In this document: positions 21,207-30,953 of the stretch, piece after piece | Layout: each line of letters begins with the position of its first letter | How positions within the stretch are numbered: position 1 is the first letter of the stretch | Translations under genes and position numbers: made by a program | The notes under the pieces: model-generated | What the model saw: the letters and a program-made list of their open reading frames with translations, nothing else | Databases searched by the model: none | What the model was told of the DNA's origin: nothing | DNA from: Aulosira sp. ZfuVER01 | Lineage (GTDB): Bacteria; Cyanobacteriota; Cyanobacteriia; Cyanobacteriales; Nostocaceae | NCBI GenBank assembly: GCA_034530615.2 | Contig: JAVRCV020000031.1 | Coordinates: 128,001-192,000 of the forward strand | DNA length: 64,000 nt | Reading direction: 5' to 3'

Positions 21207-22550
21207 ATGAAGTTTGACAAAATATTAATTGCCAATCGGGGAGAAATCGCCCTTCGTATTCTCCGCGCCTGTGAAGAAATGGGAATTGCCACAGTTGCGG
21301 TTCACTCTACTGTTGACCGTAATGCTCTACACGTGCAACTTGCCGATGAAGCGGTTTGCATTGGCGAACCAGCCAGCAGTAAAAGCTATTTGAATATTCC
21401 CAATATTATTGCTGCCGCCTTGACACGTAATGCCAGCGCCATTCATCCTGGATATGGCTTTTTGGCAGAAAATGCCCGGTTTGCAGAAATTTGTGCTGAC
21501 CATCATATTGCTTTTATTGGCCCAACTCCCGAAGCTATACGCTTGATGGGGGATAAATCCACTGCCAAAGAAACCATGCAAAAAGCTGGTGTACCTACGG
21601 TACCCGGTAGTGATGGTTTAGTAGAGTCTGAGCAAGAAGGATTAGCACTTGCCAAAGATATTGGCTATCCAGTCATGATCAAAGCCACAGCAGGCGGCGG
21701 TGGACGGGGTATGCGTCTAGTGACTTGTGAAAGCGATTTCGTCAAACTCTTCTTAGCAGCTCAAGGAGAAGCAGGTGCTGCCTTTGGTAATTCTGGCGTT
21801 TATATAGAAAAATTTATTGAGCGTCCACGCCATATTGAATTTCAAATTTTGGCGGATAATTACGGCAACGTCATCCATTTAGGTGAACGGGATTGCTCAA
21901 TTCAGCGACGCAATCAAAAGCTTCTAGAAGAAGCTCCCAGCCCTGCTCTCGACTCAGACCTACGCGAAAAAATGGGACAAGCTGCGGTGAAAGCTGCCCA
22001 GTTTATTAACTACAGTGGGGCAGGCACTATCGAATTTCTTTTGGATAGATCCGGTAAATTCTACTTTATGGAAATGAATACCCGGATTCAAGTTGAGCAT
22101 CCGGTGACAGAGATGATTACTGGAGTAGACTTGGTTGCCGAACAAATCCGGGTAGCGCAAGGGGAAAGACTCAAGTTGAATCAAGACCAAGTAGTTTTAC
22201 AGGGTCATGCCATTGAATGCCGGATTAACGCCGAAGACCCCGACCACGATTTCCGCCCTTCTCCTGGACGTATCAGTGGTTATCTCCCACCTGGTGGTCC
22301 TGGTGTCCGCATTGATTCCCACGTCTACACCGATTACCAAATTCCACCTTACTACGACTCTCTAATTGGTAAATTAATTGTCTGGGGCCCAGACCGTCCT
22401 ACTGCAATTAACCGCATGAAACGGGCGTTACGAGAGTGTGCTATCACCGGACTACCTACAACTATTGGGTTTCACCAAAGAATTATGGAAACGCCGCAGT
22501 TTTTACAGGGTAATGTTTACACTAATTTCGTGCAAGAGTTAAACAGTTAA
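21207..22550 (+). CDS. accC: Acetyl-CoA carboxylase biotin carboxylase subunit
   Basis: [36 protein letters not shown]. Confidence 0.98.
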   Translation: MKFDKILIANRGEIALRILRACEEMGIATVAVHSTVDRNALHVQLADEAVCIGEPASSKSYLNIPNIIAAALTRNASAIHPGYGFLAENARFAEICADHHIAFIGPTPEAIRLMGDKSTAKETMQKAGVPTVPGSDGLVESEQEGLALAKDIGYPVMIKATAGGGGRGMRLVTCESDFVKLFLAAQGEAGAAFGNSGVYIEKFIERPRHIEFQILADNYGNVIHLGERDCSIQRRNQKLLEEAPSPALDSDLREKMGQAAVKAAQFINYSGAGTIEFLLDRSGKFYFMEMNTRIQVEHPVTEMITGVDLVAEQIRVAQGERLKLNQDQVVLQGHAIECRINAEDPDHDFRPSPGRISGYLPPGGPGVRIDSHVYTDYQIPPYYDSLIGKLIVWGPDRPTAINRMKRALRECAITGLPTTIGFHQRIMETPQFLQGNVYTNFVQELNS

Positions 22551-22607
22551 GGGTAGTAGTTAGGGACTAAAAGGACAAGGGAGACAGGGAGGATAAGGGG
22601 AAATTAC

Positions 22608-22643
22608 CAATGCCCAATGCCCCATGCCCCATGCCCCATGCCC
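22608..22643. repeat. Heptamer tandem repeat (ATGCCCC/ATGCCCA)n
   Basis: caatgcccaatgccccatgccccatgccccatgccc. Confidence 0.85.
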
Positions 22644-22649
22644 TATTCC

Positions 22650-22943
22650 CTAACTTACCCGAGACAACATGGTCAGTAATCCTTGCTGACCCAGTAGAAT
22701 TTCTCGCAGTAAACTGAAAATCCCAACCCAAATAATCGGGGTAATATCTACTCCGCCTATAGGTGGTACTAGCTTGCGCAACAGTACGAGAAAGGGTTCA
22801 GTTGGCCAAGCTATGAGATTCAGGGGGAAGCGATTCAGATTCACTTGCGGATACCAAGTGAGAATAATGCGAAAAATAAACAAAAATATCATCAATCCCA
22901 ACACAGGATTGAGAATCCAAGTAGTCAGGTTAACACCAGTCAT
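22650..22943 (-). CDS. YggT family membrane protein
   Basis: RIILTWYP, PTEPFL..R...PPIGGVDITPII. ATG at 22943. Confidence 0.9.
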   Translation of the reverse strand: MTGVNLTTWILNPVLGLMIFLFIFRIILTWYPQVNLNRFPLNLIAWPTEPFLVLLRKLVPPIGGVDITPIIWVGIFSLLREILLGQQGLLTMLSRVS

Positions 22944-23200
22944 TGGCTTGAAGTAATATCTGTGAACACAGAAAAAATCTAGGTGACACTCAAAAGATTT
23001 TAAGCTTTGTAAAGCACTCTCTATAATTTTAACCAAATGCTGTCACTTCCTGTTAGGCAAGGAAAAGTTAAATTGCCCAAGCAGTTAACCTCATCATTTG
23101 TGCGGGCAGTGGTGATTTTGTCGCTCTTAATTAGAGGCTTCTCAAGGAAGTGATACACCATTAGAATTATGATGAAGTGTGTAAAAAAAGGTTGAGAACT

Positions 23201-23320
23201 ATGACACCTGCTTTAGCAAATTTTCTTTGGAGTCTGTTTTGGGGTGCTGTGATTGTCGTTATTCCTGCGACAGTTGGGTTGATTTTCATTAGCCAAAAAG
23301 ATAAAATCCAGCGTTCATAA
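23201..23320 (+). CDS. psbX: Photosystem II protein PsbX (39 aa; not in the ORF track)
   Basis: [39 protein letters not shown]; upstream of ycf66. Confidence 0.95.
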   Translation: MTPALANFLWSLFWGAVIVVIPATVGLIFISQKDKIQRS

Positions 23321-23569
23321 TGCTTGCTGGAGTCAGTTTGACTCTCATAAACCATTGTCTGTTAGCGATCTACCTAACCACCAACAGAGCAATTGCTCTT
23401 ACAAAGGACAAGGTATACTTAGCTGACAAACAAAAAATTTTTTAGCTTTCGGTGGATAGCTTCAAAGCTTCTTTACCAGTTGCTTTGAAGCTTCAATATA
23501 TTGTGCTTATTTAGAGTAGTGATTTTAATTGTGACTCGCTAACATAGATTTGATATTGGGAAAACAGCA

Positions 23570-24478
23570 ATGATAAATTTTGGGCTGAACTCAGCCAGTA
23601 TGCTAGCTCAGGTAAATGTGGGGGCAACTCCAGCCACTTTTTTAGGAATTTTCTTGGCTGTGGCTGGGGCAGCACTGTATTTTCTCCGCACTATACGTCC
23701 AGAGCTGTCACGAGATCAGGATATCTTTTTTGCAGCAGTAGGTTTACTTTGTGGCTTCATTTTGATCTTTCAAGGTTGGCGACTAGATCCAATTTTGCAA
23801 TTTGGTCAGCTGCTTTTAGTCGGCACAACTGTATTTTTTGCCGTTGAAAGTATTCGCTTGCGTAGTATCGCTACCCAGCAAGCTAAACGCAACACTCCAA
23901 TTGTGGATGAAGACCGTCCAGTAAGCAACAACTATTCCTACGAAAAGCGGCGGCGGGGATATCAGGCCGAGGTGGATGAAGATTTAGAGCCATTGCCTTA
24001 TGAAGAAGAGGAACGCCCTGTACGCCCACGAATTCGGGCTAGCAGGGATGACCGTTCTTCTCGTGATGATTACTATGAGGATCAACCACCCCGGCGTTCA
24101 GAACGTCGTAGTAGTAACGACAGGCAAGAATCAGGGGACAAAAGTCGTCGTCGTCCTTCTGGGCGTTCTGGAAGTCGTCCCTCAGATAGACTAGAACAAG
24201 AAGATTGGGGTTCTGTTTCTAGAGAGGTTGATGATTGGGACAGTTCGGGAGGAGAAGTGAGAAAATCTTCTCGTCGTGGTAGTAACGGATCGCAGCGTTC
24301 AGAAACTCCTGATGAGGATATCACTCCAAGACCAAGAAGGCGTCGTCCACCTAGTGACTCAACTTCTCGCAGAGAGCGTGAGGATGATGAGGCGATACCA
24401 ACTGACTATGTAGAATACAAACCAATTGAACGACCAGATGATAATTCTGATAATTCAACCAATTTTGATGATATTTAA
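23570..24478 (+). CDS. ycf66: Ycf66 family protein
   Basis: RPELSRDQDIFFAA, FQGWRLDPILQFGQ; charged disordered C-terminus. Confidence 0.92.
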   Translation: MINFGLNSASMLAQVNVGATPATFLGIFLAVAGAALYFLRTIRPELSRDQDIFFAAVGLLCGFILIFQGWRLDPILQFGQLLLVGTTVFFAVESIRLRSIATQQAKRNTPIVDEDRPVSNNYSYEKRRRGYQAEVDEDLEPLPYEEEERPVRPRIRASRDDRSSRDDYYEDQPPRRSERRSSNDRQESGDKSRRRPSGRSGSRPSDRLEQEDWGSVSREVDDWDSSGGEVRKSSRRGSNGSQRSETPDEDITPRPRRRRPPSDSTSRREREDDEAIPTDYVEYKPIERPDDNSDNSTNFDDI

Positions 24479-24508
24479 AACAGTCAGGGACGATGGAAAA
24501 CAGTTGAG

Positions 24509-25078
24509 GTGAAAAAATTTACACCTAAATTTTGGCTCCAACGACCGATTCATTGGAGCCTAGTTTTTAGCTTGGCAAGTGTGCTTGTATCTTGTAGTTC
24601 TAGTGATATCCCGATTGGGCCTACGTCTCTCAACAGTCGTTACACAGAAGAACAACCGACTTTGAGTGGAAATGGGCGCTTTTTAGCTTTCGTCTCCAAT
24701 CGTAATGGTAGTCATCAAATTTTGGTATATGACTTAGATCGCCAAAGTTTTATGCGCACTCCAGGCTTAAACCGACCAGAGACAATTGCCGAAAGTCCTA
24801 GCCTGAGCTACACAGGACGTTACATTGCTTATCTGACTAGCGACCAAGGTAGACCAGTAGTAGCACTTTACGATCGCGCTATCCAACAGTCACAAATTCT
24901 TACCCCTATTTATCGTGGCTGGGTGAGAAAACCGGGTATCAGCCCAGACGGACGTTATATAGTATTTGAAACCGCTAGCCGCGGTCAGTGGGACATTGAA
25001 GTCCTAGACCGAGGGCCAAATATTGAGTTAGATATTCCCAATGGTGCAACAGTCGCTCCACTGCCCACAGCGCCATAG
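24509..25078 (+). CDS. TolB-like (PD40/WD40 repeat) lipoprotein
   Basis: Lipobox LVSC; P.LSGNGR, PSLSYTGR, PGISPDGR repeats. Confidence 0.85.
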   Translation: MKKFTPKFWLQRPIHWSLVFSLASVLVSCSSSDIPIGPTSLNSRYTEEQPTLSGNGRFLAFVSNRNGSHQILVYDLDRQSFMRTPGLNRPETIAESPSLSYTGRYIAYLTSDQGRPVVALYDRAIQQSQILTPIYRGWVRKPGISPDGRYIVFETASRGQWDIEVLDRGPNIELDIPNGATVAPLPTAP

Positions 25079-25154
25079 GTGAAAATAAGAAAAAATTGTG
25101 AGTTATTAGTTACTAGACTATTTACGATTGACTAATGACTAACTACTAAATATT

Positions 25155-25679
25155 ATGAAACGCTCTATATTTATATCTGTTTTTGCCTGTTCAACTTTGT
25201 TGACTGGCTGTTTCGGCTACCCGCGCATTGTCAGTTATCCATTCGATCCGGGGGGTCGCAGCCTCAACAGTTTAGCCTCAGAATTAGACCCTCAAATTAC
25301 TGGCAGATATATTATTTTTACTACTGACAGACGGGGCAGCCAAGATGTTTACTTATTTGATCGGATAACTGGCAATTTGGTTGATTTACCAGGTTTAAAT
25401 TCTATAGATACGATCGCTTCTCATCCGAGTATTTCTGAGGATGGTCGTTATGTCGTTTTTGCAGCCAGTCGTCAAGGGCGATCGGCTATCTTCCTCTACG
25501 ACAGAGAAACACGCCAATCGCGGAATTTAACTGCTAATCTACAGGCAGAAGTTCGTAATCCCACGATTAGCGCTGATGGCACTAGGATTGCTTTTGAATC
25601 TACTAATAATGGGCAGTGGGATATCTTAATCTATGACCGTTTTGGACGACCGTTAAATATACCTCAAGATCCACGGTGA
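25155..25679 (+). CDS. TolB-like (PD40/WD40 repeat) lipoprotein
   Basis: Lipobox LTGC; PSISEDGR, PTISADG repeats. Confidence 0.85.
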   Translation: MKRSIFISVFACSTLLTGCFGYPRIVSYPFDPGGRSLNSLASELDPQITGRYIIFTTDRRGSQDVYLFDRITGNLVDLPGLNSIDTIASHPSISEDGRYVVFAASRQGRSAIFLYDRETRQSRNLTANLQAEVRNPTISADGTRIAFESTNNGQWDILIYDRFGRPLNIPQDPR

Positions 25680-25697
25680 GGAAGTCTTTGTCATTGG

Positions 25698-26753
25698 TTA
25701 TTCCTCCCCGTCCCCGCGTCCCCCTATCTCTCTTCCCTCGTCTCCAGCCCTGATTACTTCCTCCACAGCTTCAATGAGCGATCGCACTTGTTGAGTACCT
25801 TCTGATGATTCAAAGGAAAGTGGAAATTTACCTTTAGCTATCATCCGCAAACCCAGGGGTGCCAAACTGAGCAATCCTCGAAGATCGCGAAAATAATTAC
25901 CGACCACGTGTAAACCAAATTTACGTTCATCAATCCAGCCTCCTTCCTTCACCAATTCAACTAATGCTTTACGGTGACGAATTGAGCGACCATCGCTGGC
26001 TTGTTTGCGTGAGAGAATTTCTTGTTTAATTTTAGTGATTTGCTCGAGTGGTGCAACCTCCATTGGGCAAACTGAATCACAGTACAAACAACGGGTACAA
26101 CCCCAAACACCTTTAGTACCTTCGTTGTAATTTTCTAACCGATTTTCAGTTTCTTGGTCGCGGGAGTCTGCTACCATCCGGTAAGCTTTAGCTAGGGCAT
26201 GAGGCCCAACAAAATCAGCATTCACTTCCCGAGCATTGCACTCAGAATAGCAAGCTCCACACATAATACAATTACCAGTTTGATCGAGGCGCGATCGCTC
26301 TTGTGGTGTTTGCAAAAATTCTCTTTCTGGAACTTGTCGTGCTGCTGTACTCACATACGGAGTCACCGCTTCTAAATTATTCCAGAAACTGCTCATATCT
26401 ACGACCAAATCCTTAATTACGGGCATATTACCCAGAGGTGCGATCGTGATTTCTGGAATATGATTTACCTCACGGGCTGGCATGAGTGTTTTTTGTAATC
26501 TGGCTATTTCACTGCCAACATTTTCCTTACAAGCTAAAGCCGATCGCCCATTAATTCGCATAGCGCAGCTGCCACAAATTGTATTGCGACAATTTTTACG
26601 ATACGCTAAAGTTCCATCTTGCTCCCATTTAATGCGATTGAGACAATCCAGGATTGTATTGCCAGGTTCTACCTCCAAAAGGTAAGTTTGCAAAACAGGA
26701 GAGGAATTGTGTTGCTGTCGAATTACCTTAAAAATAATTTCCATGACTACCAA
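25698..26753 (-). CDS. sdhB: Succinate dehydrogenase/fumarate reductase iron-sulfur subunit
   Basis: CRNTICGSC, CIMCGACYSEC, CTRCLYCDSVCP. Confidence 0.93.
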   Translation of the reverse strand: MVVMEIIFKVIRQQHNSSPVLQTYLLEVEPGNTILDCLNRIKWEQDGTLAYRKNCRNTICGSCAMRINGRSALACKENVGSEIARLQKTLMPAREVNHIPEITIAPLGNMPVIKDLVVDMSSFWNNLEAVTPYVSTAARQVPEREFLQTPQERSRLDQTGNCIMCGACYSECNAREVNADFVGPHALAKAYRMVADSRDQETENRLENYNEGTKGVWGCTRCLYCDSVCPMEVAPLEQITKIKQEILSRKQASDGRSIRHRKALVELVKEGGWIDERKFGLHVVGNYFRDLRGLLSLAPLGLRMIAKGKFPLSFESSEGTQQVRSLIEAVEEVIRAGDEGREIGGRGDGEE

Positions 26754-26952
26754 CCAAAATTTTGAAATTTTTCTACCCGCCTGAACAATCTGAACTACAG
26801 ACAGGTTACTCCGAAAAATGAGCTATACTCTTGTTGCCCTGTATTCCAGCTAGCTGTTAATAGGCTGATGATTAAAGACCTAGCGATTCTGGTACAGTGT
26901 CGCAGAACTAGAGTACTATCCAAAAACACCTCAAAATCCTAAAATATAAGAT

Positions 26953-27059
26953 TTTTGTAGTCGCTCGAAAGCTGGCTTCTCCCAAAGTATTTTAAATTTT
27001 GTAGACACCTTTCAGGTGGCTTCCCTTAGAATATTTTGAATTCCGCACAGCGGTACTAG
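26953..27059. repeat. Composite of two degenerate GTAG..GGCTTC repeats and a CTAG-terminated element
   Basis: ttttgtagtcgctcgaaagctggcttctcc / ttttgtagacacctttcaggtggcttccc, then ttttgaattccgcacagcggtactag. Confidence 0.55.
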
Positions 27060-27817
27060 TTTCAGCATAACCATTAAAATTTTAGTTGTCGGGGTAATAC
27101 AGGCAATATTTGTCTGATTCTATTGACGCAACATCAAAAAAATTATTGCTGCTTTACATTTAATTGACCTGTTTGGCAGGATATATGAGAAATGGTTAGC
27201 CAGAGATGGACTAGTCAAAATTACCTCCATAGTCAAAATAAATCTATTAAATCCACCTTAGGGTAGCAGCACATCTTGATGTCAACAACAGTCAAGACTT
27301 CCCTGGAGGATACCTCAAACGTTTATAAGTTGGGAAGTTTTTGTTTATATAGAAGTGTTAAACCGATAGTTAACATCTTATAGTGGCAATAATGCAATAG
27401 ACAGATGTAGAAAAACTAATTCTTCCCAAAGACAGACGTAAAGAATACTCTGTCTGGTGTTTGTCTGTTGGCTATCAAGAGGGAGCTAAATTTCCATGAC
27501 TTTTGTCTCCTCTCAATCAAGCTAATCTTTGATTTAACTCTCTTGTCAAAACGGGCGGTCTAAATTAGAGTAATTTCTAGAAAAGCACTGCTAGAATACT
27601 CATTACCGTAATCAAGCCCAAGAAAAATCATCACTGCTTTTTACTTCCCAGAGCTAGGAAATTTAAATAAAAATTTACTAGCAAATTTAATTCTAAATAA
27701 AACAACAATTTTGCTATTATTAGTCCATGCTAGTATTTAATATAAAATTACGAAGTAACAAAACCAGTATCCATAGCTGTACAAGCGCGGCTACTACTGC
27801 TTTGTTTATTTCGTAAT

Positions 27818-27845
27818 GTAGAGACAAGAAAATTCACGTCTCTAC
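27818..27845. repeat. GTAG-type REP-like palindrome
   Basis: gtagagac-N12-gtctctac. Confidence 0.65.
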
Positions 27846-28322
27846 TAGTAAGGCAAAAGGGTGTATGCCTGTATGACCATTTTCAAATCTCATGCTGTCG
27901 GTAGCTTAAGAGTAATAGTAGGGTAAACCCTATAACTCAACGGCAACAAAGGCAAGCACTGAAAGTGGAAAACCTGCAATTTTTTTGGTCTAGGACTTAT
28001 TTGCAGTAGAACCCACATAATTTGTAAAGGTGGCTTAAAGTTACACCGCTACAGTAGCGCCAAAAGAAAAATTAATTTCATTTTCGTTGGCGAATCATGG
28101 TTAAAAGTGACGCAAAATCACCGAATTTAATACCTGTGATAACCATGACCTCTAATTTTTTGTGGGCAACCATAATAGAGGCGCTTGGGTTTACCCATAG
28201 CAGCAGGAATTTACCCACAGCTTAGTGACCAGAGTAGCTCTGTGCAGATGCTAAAAAGCTAAATGCTGGCACAAGACGAGATCGTTTATTTGTTTGGAGA
28301 AAGTAAGGAAACTTTGAGCATA

Positions 28323-28763
28323 ATGACTGAAACTGCAACCGCACCATTAACCGGAAAAGCATTGCTTGCTAAAGTAAAAGAGCTTTCCAATTTACCACGT
28401 CGAGAACGAGCAAAGCAGTGCGGCTATTACACGGTCACTAAGAATAATCAAGTTCGTGTTAATCTCACTGATTTTTATGACGCTTTGCTATCGGCTAGAG
28501 GAATTCCTCTCAGTCCAGAAGCACCAAAAGATGGCCGGGGTCGTGAACCGACATATCGGGTTAGCGTCCATCAAAATGGTCAAATTGTGATTGGTGCTAC
28601 ATACACTAAAGCAATGGGCTTAAAGCCAGGTGATGAATTTGAAATTAGGCTGGGATATAAGCATATTCACTTGATTCAACTTGGTGAAAGTGACAAAAAA
28701 TTAATCGCGTCAGATTTAGACGTTGACGAAGTGGATGAAGAAGATTTAGAAGATGAAGAGTAA
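28323..28763 (+). CDS. calA: Cyanobacterial AbrB-like transcriptional regulator (cyAbrB1/CalA type)
   Basis: LTGKALLAKVKELS, CGYY, GREPTYRVSVHQNGQIVIGATYT. The order sdhB-calA-CAAX protease matches the Anabaena arrangement as I recall it. Confidence 0.9.
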   Translation: MTETATAPLTGKALLAKVKELSNLPRRERAKQCGYYTVTKNNQVRVNLTDFYDALLSARGIPLSPEAPKDGRGREPTYRVSVHQNGQIVIGATYTKAMGLKPGDEFEIRLGYKHIHLIQLGESDKKLIASDLDVDEVDEEDLEDEE

Positions 28764-28890
28764 GTTGTTTTAATAATAGAGATAAGTTGAAGGCTGATGC
28801 TTGATAACTTATCTCTACCAAAACAACAAGGTGCAACATCCGAAAAATACGATTAGACCTCTTGCCTAAGTCACTAGTTTTAGTAGAGTC

Positions 28891-29805
28891 TTGATTAAGA
28901 AGCAAGAAATCTATTGTTGCAAGAAGCTAATCGTGTTTTTTTTGCCTATTTTGATAACATTCTTAGAGCCATCAGCCAACACCCTACTGGCATTTCTCAA
29001 AAATGCACCAGTAATAGTTGTCGTGATGGCTTTTTTTATTGCCTGGGTAGGGTGCTGGTTGCCACTAGCAGCAGTAATAGCGATCGCACTCAAATGGCAC
29101 CCAGGTAAAAGTTTGCAGCCAGAGCAAAAATTACCCTTATTAATACCCCTTTATTTATTAGCGCCCTTGATTTTATGGGGCATTAGTTCGCTAGGGCTGA
29201 GATCTTTCTCTGATTATGGCTTTGTTAGTAATCTTTCAATTTTGGGTTCTTTACTCCTAGGTTTTGGCTTGGGAGTAATTAGCTTGGCTATAGTGTTTGC
29301 CTTTCAATTCTGGCTGGGTTGGTGCAAATGGCAACAATCAAGCAACAAGCTAGTACTAGCTAACTTGCTACCAATTCCATTGATAGCTTTATTAGTAGGC
29401 GCTATAGAAGAATTAATTTTTCGGGGTTTCTTATTTACTGAATTAAATCGAGAATACTCAGTTTGGTTAGCAGCCGTAATTTCTAGTGTGATTTTTGCCC
29501 TTTTACACTTAGTTTGGGAACAACGGGAAACCATCCCTCAACTCCCTGGACTATGGCTGATGGGAATAGTACTTGTATTTGCCAGGTTTGCCGATCGCGG
29601 TAATTTAGGTCTAGCTTGGGGACTACACGCTGGATGGGTATGGGCGATCGCTACTTTAGACACAGCAGAACTAATTACTTACACAGGTAAAGTATCTGAG
29701 TGGTTTACAGGTAAGAACAAAAAACCCCTAGCTGGTTTAGCTGGAATTATCTGTGTCCTATTAGCTGGGGCGATTCTCTGGTTATTTCTCGAATTTGTGA
29801 ATTAG
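28891..29805 (+). CDS. CPBP (Abi/CAAX) intramembrane metalloprotease; true start may be further downstream
   Basis: EELIFRG, FALLH, GLHAGW. Confidence 0.9.
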   Translation: MIKKQEIYCCKKLIVFFLPILITFLEPSANTLLAFLKNAPVIVVVMAFFIAWVGCWLPLAAVIAIALKWHPGKSLQPEQKLPLLIPLYLLAPLILWGISSLGLRSFSDYGFVSNLSILGSLLLGFGLGVISLAIVFAFQFWLGWCKWQQSSNKLVLANLLPIPLIALLVGAIEELIFRGFLFTELNREYSVWLAAVISSVIFALLHLVWEQRETIPQLPGLWLMGIVLVFARFADRGNLGLAWGLHAGWVWAIATLDTAELITYTGKVSEWFTGKNKKPLAGLAGIICVLLAGAILWLFLEFVN

Positions 29806-29923
29806 TAATTACTGTGTGATTGATGATACAGCTAAGAAAATAGCCAGAGCCGATTGACAGTTGTGGAATTGCCAATCATAAAGGTAATTCAAGCTCTTGC
29901 TCAGTTATCTCAATCTCTATAAT

Positions 29924-30658
29924 TTAGATTTTTCTAAAAATGCCAACCCAGCCATCTTTTTTACCTAACCAACCGCATGATATTAGGCATAACAATGTGC
30001 TGATAAATTCTCCAATCTGATGAAGTCTTGTAGCCCAACTCCTGATGTATATTTCCTTCTTTAAAGTAGATTGATAGTGTCTTCTGCGAAACTTAAGGTC
30101 TGTTAACCTAAGCTTATTTCGAGAATAATATTGAACTTGAGTAGCAATTTCACCAAATACCTTGATTATGGAAAGAGGTGAGTATGGTTTTATGTGGTCA
30201 AAATCATCATAAAAATAGTCAGTTAACAAAGGAGTAGCAATGATTAAATATCCACCCATCTTGAGTTTGTCAAGGTAATTATCCATAAAATCTTTTAATT
30301 CAGATGGATGGAAGTGTTCAATAATATGAGACATTAAAATAATATCAAACTGCTCTGTATTATGATTTTTAAGAAATTCTTCTACAGTTACACAATTTAA
30401 TCCTTGCTTTTGATTAGTAGCAATAATTTGAGGATTAATGTCTACTCCTAATACTTTATAGCCTGCTGAAATCAATGCATTCATCTTATTTCCATAGCCA
30501 CAACCAACGTCCAAAATGCGATATGCTGTCTTATTATTTTTAGTATATTTATTTAATAAATCAAGAATAATGGGATTATCATAATCATAAGTCACCACTG
30601 AATAATAAAGTTTTTTGGTTCGTTCATACAGTAGATTAAACATGACAGATTGAGTCAT
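29924..30658 (-). CDS. Class I SAM-dependent methyltransferase
   Basis: ILDVGCGYG, GVDIN, SHIIEH, LKMGGYLIIATP. Confidence 0.88.
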   Translation of the reverse strand: MTQSVMFNLLYERTKKLYYSVVTYDYDNPIILDLLNKYTKNNKTAYRILDVGCGYGNKMNALISAGYKVLGVDINPQIIATNQKQGLNCVTVEEFLKNHNTEQFDIILMSHIIEHFHPSELKDFMDNYLDKLKMGGYLIIATPLLTDYFYDDFDHIKPYSPLSIIKVFGEIATQVQYYSRNKLRLTDLKFRRRHYQSTLKKEIYIRSWATRLHQIGEFISTLLCLISCGWLGKKDGWVGIFRKI

Positions 30659-30953
30659 GGTTCCGTTCTCCAGTAAATTACAAAATAGAAATTATCAGTT
30701 AAAAAGTAAAAGATCTATTTTTAGCTAAAAAATCACTAATATTTTTGCTAAATACACAAGAAAAACTATTAATCGCTAACAGCGGTTGCTATAAGAATTG
30801 CAGAGCTTGGTTTAAGTTGTGTGATGAATGTGACGGTAATAAGTAGGGAAATCCGAATCTACTATGTGCAGATATCCCTGACTACTCATGAATGACTACT
30901 TGGACAACAGCCGCTAAGATCCTCAATGAGAGATTTTTATTTAATTACAAATC

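Noticed and set aside
17362..22643. Tandem repeats (17362, 22608) as possible CRISPR arrays
   Set aside because: They are 7-bp units without spacers, and there are no cas genes; these are STRR-type repeats.
23167..23355. 62-aa minus-strand ORF
   Set aside because: Antisense to psbX.
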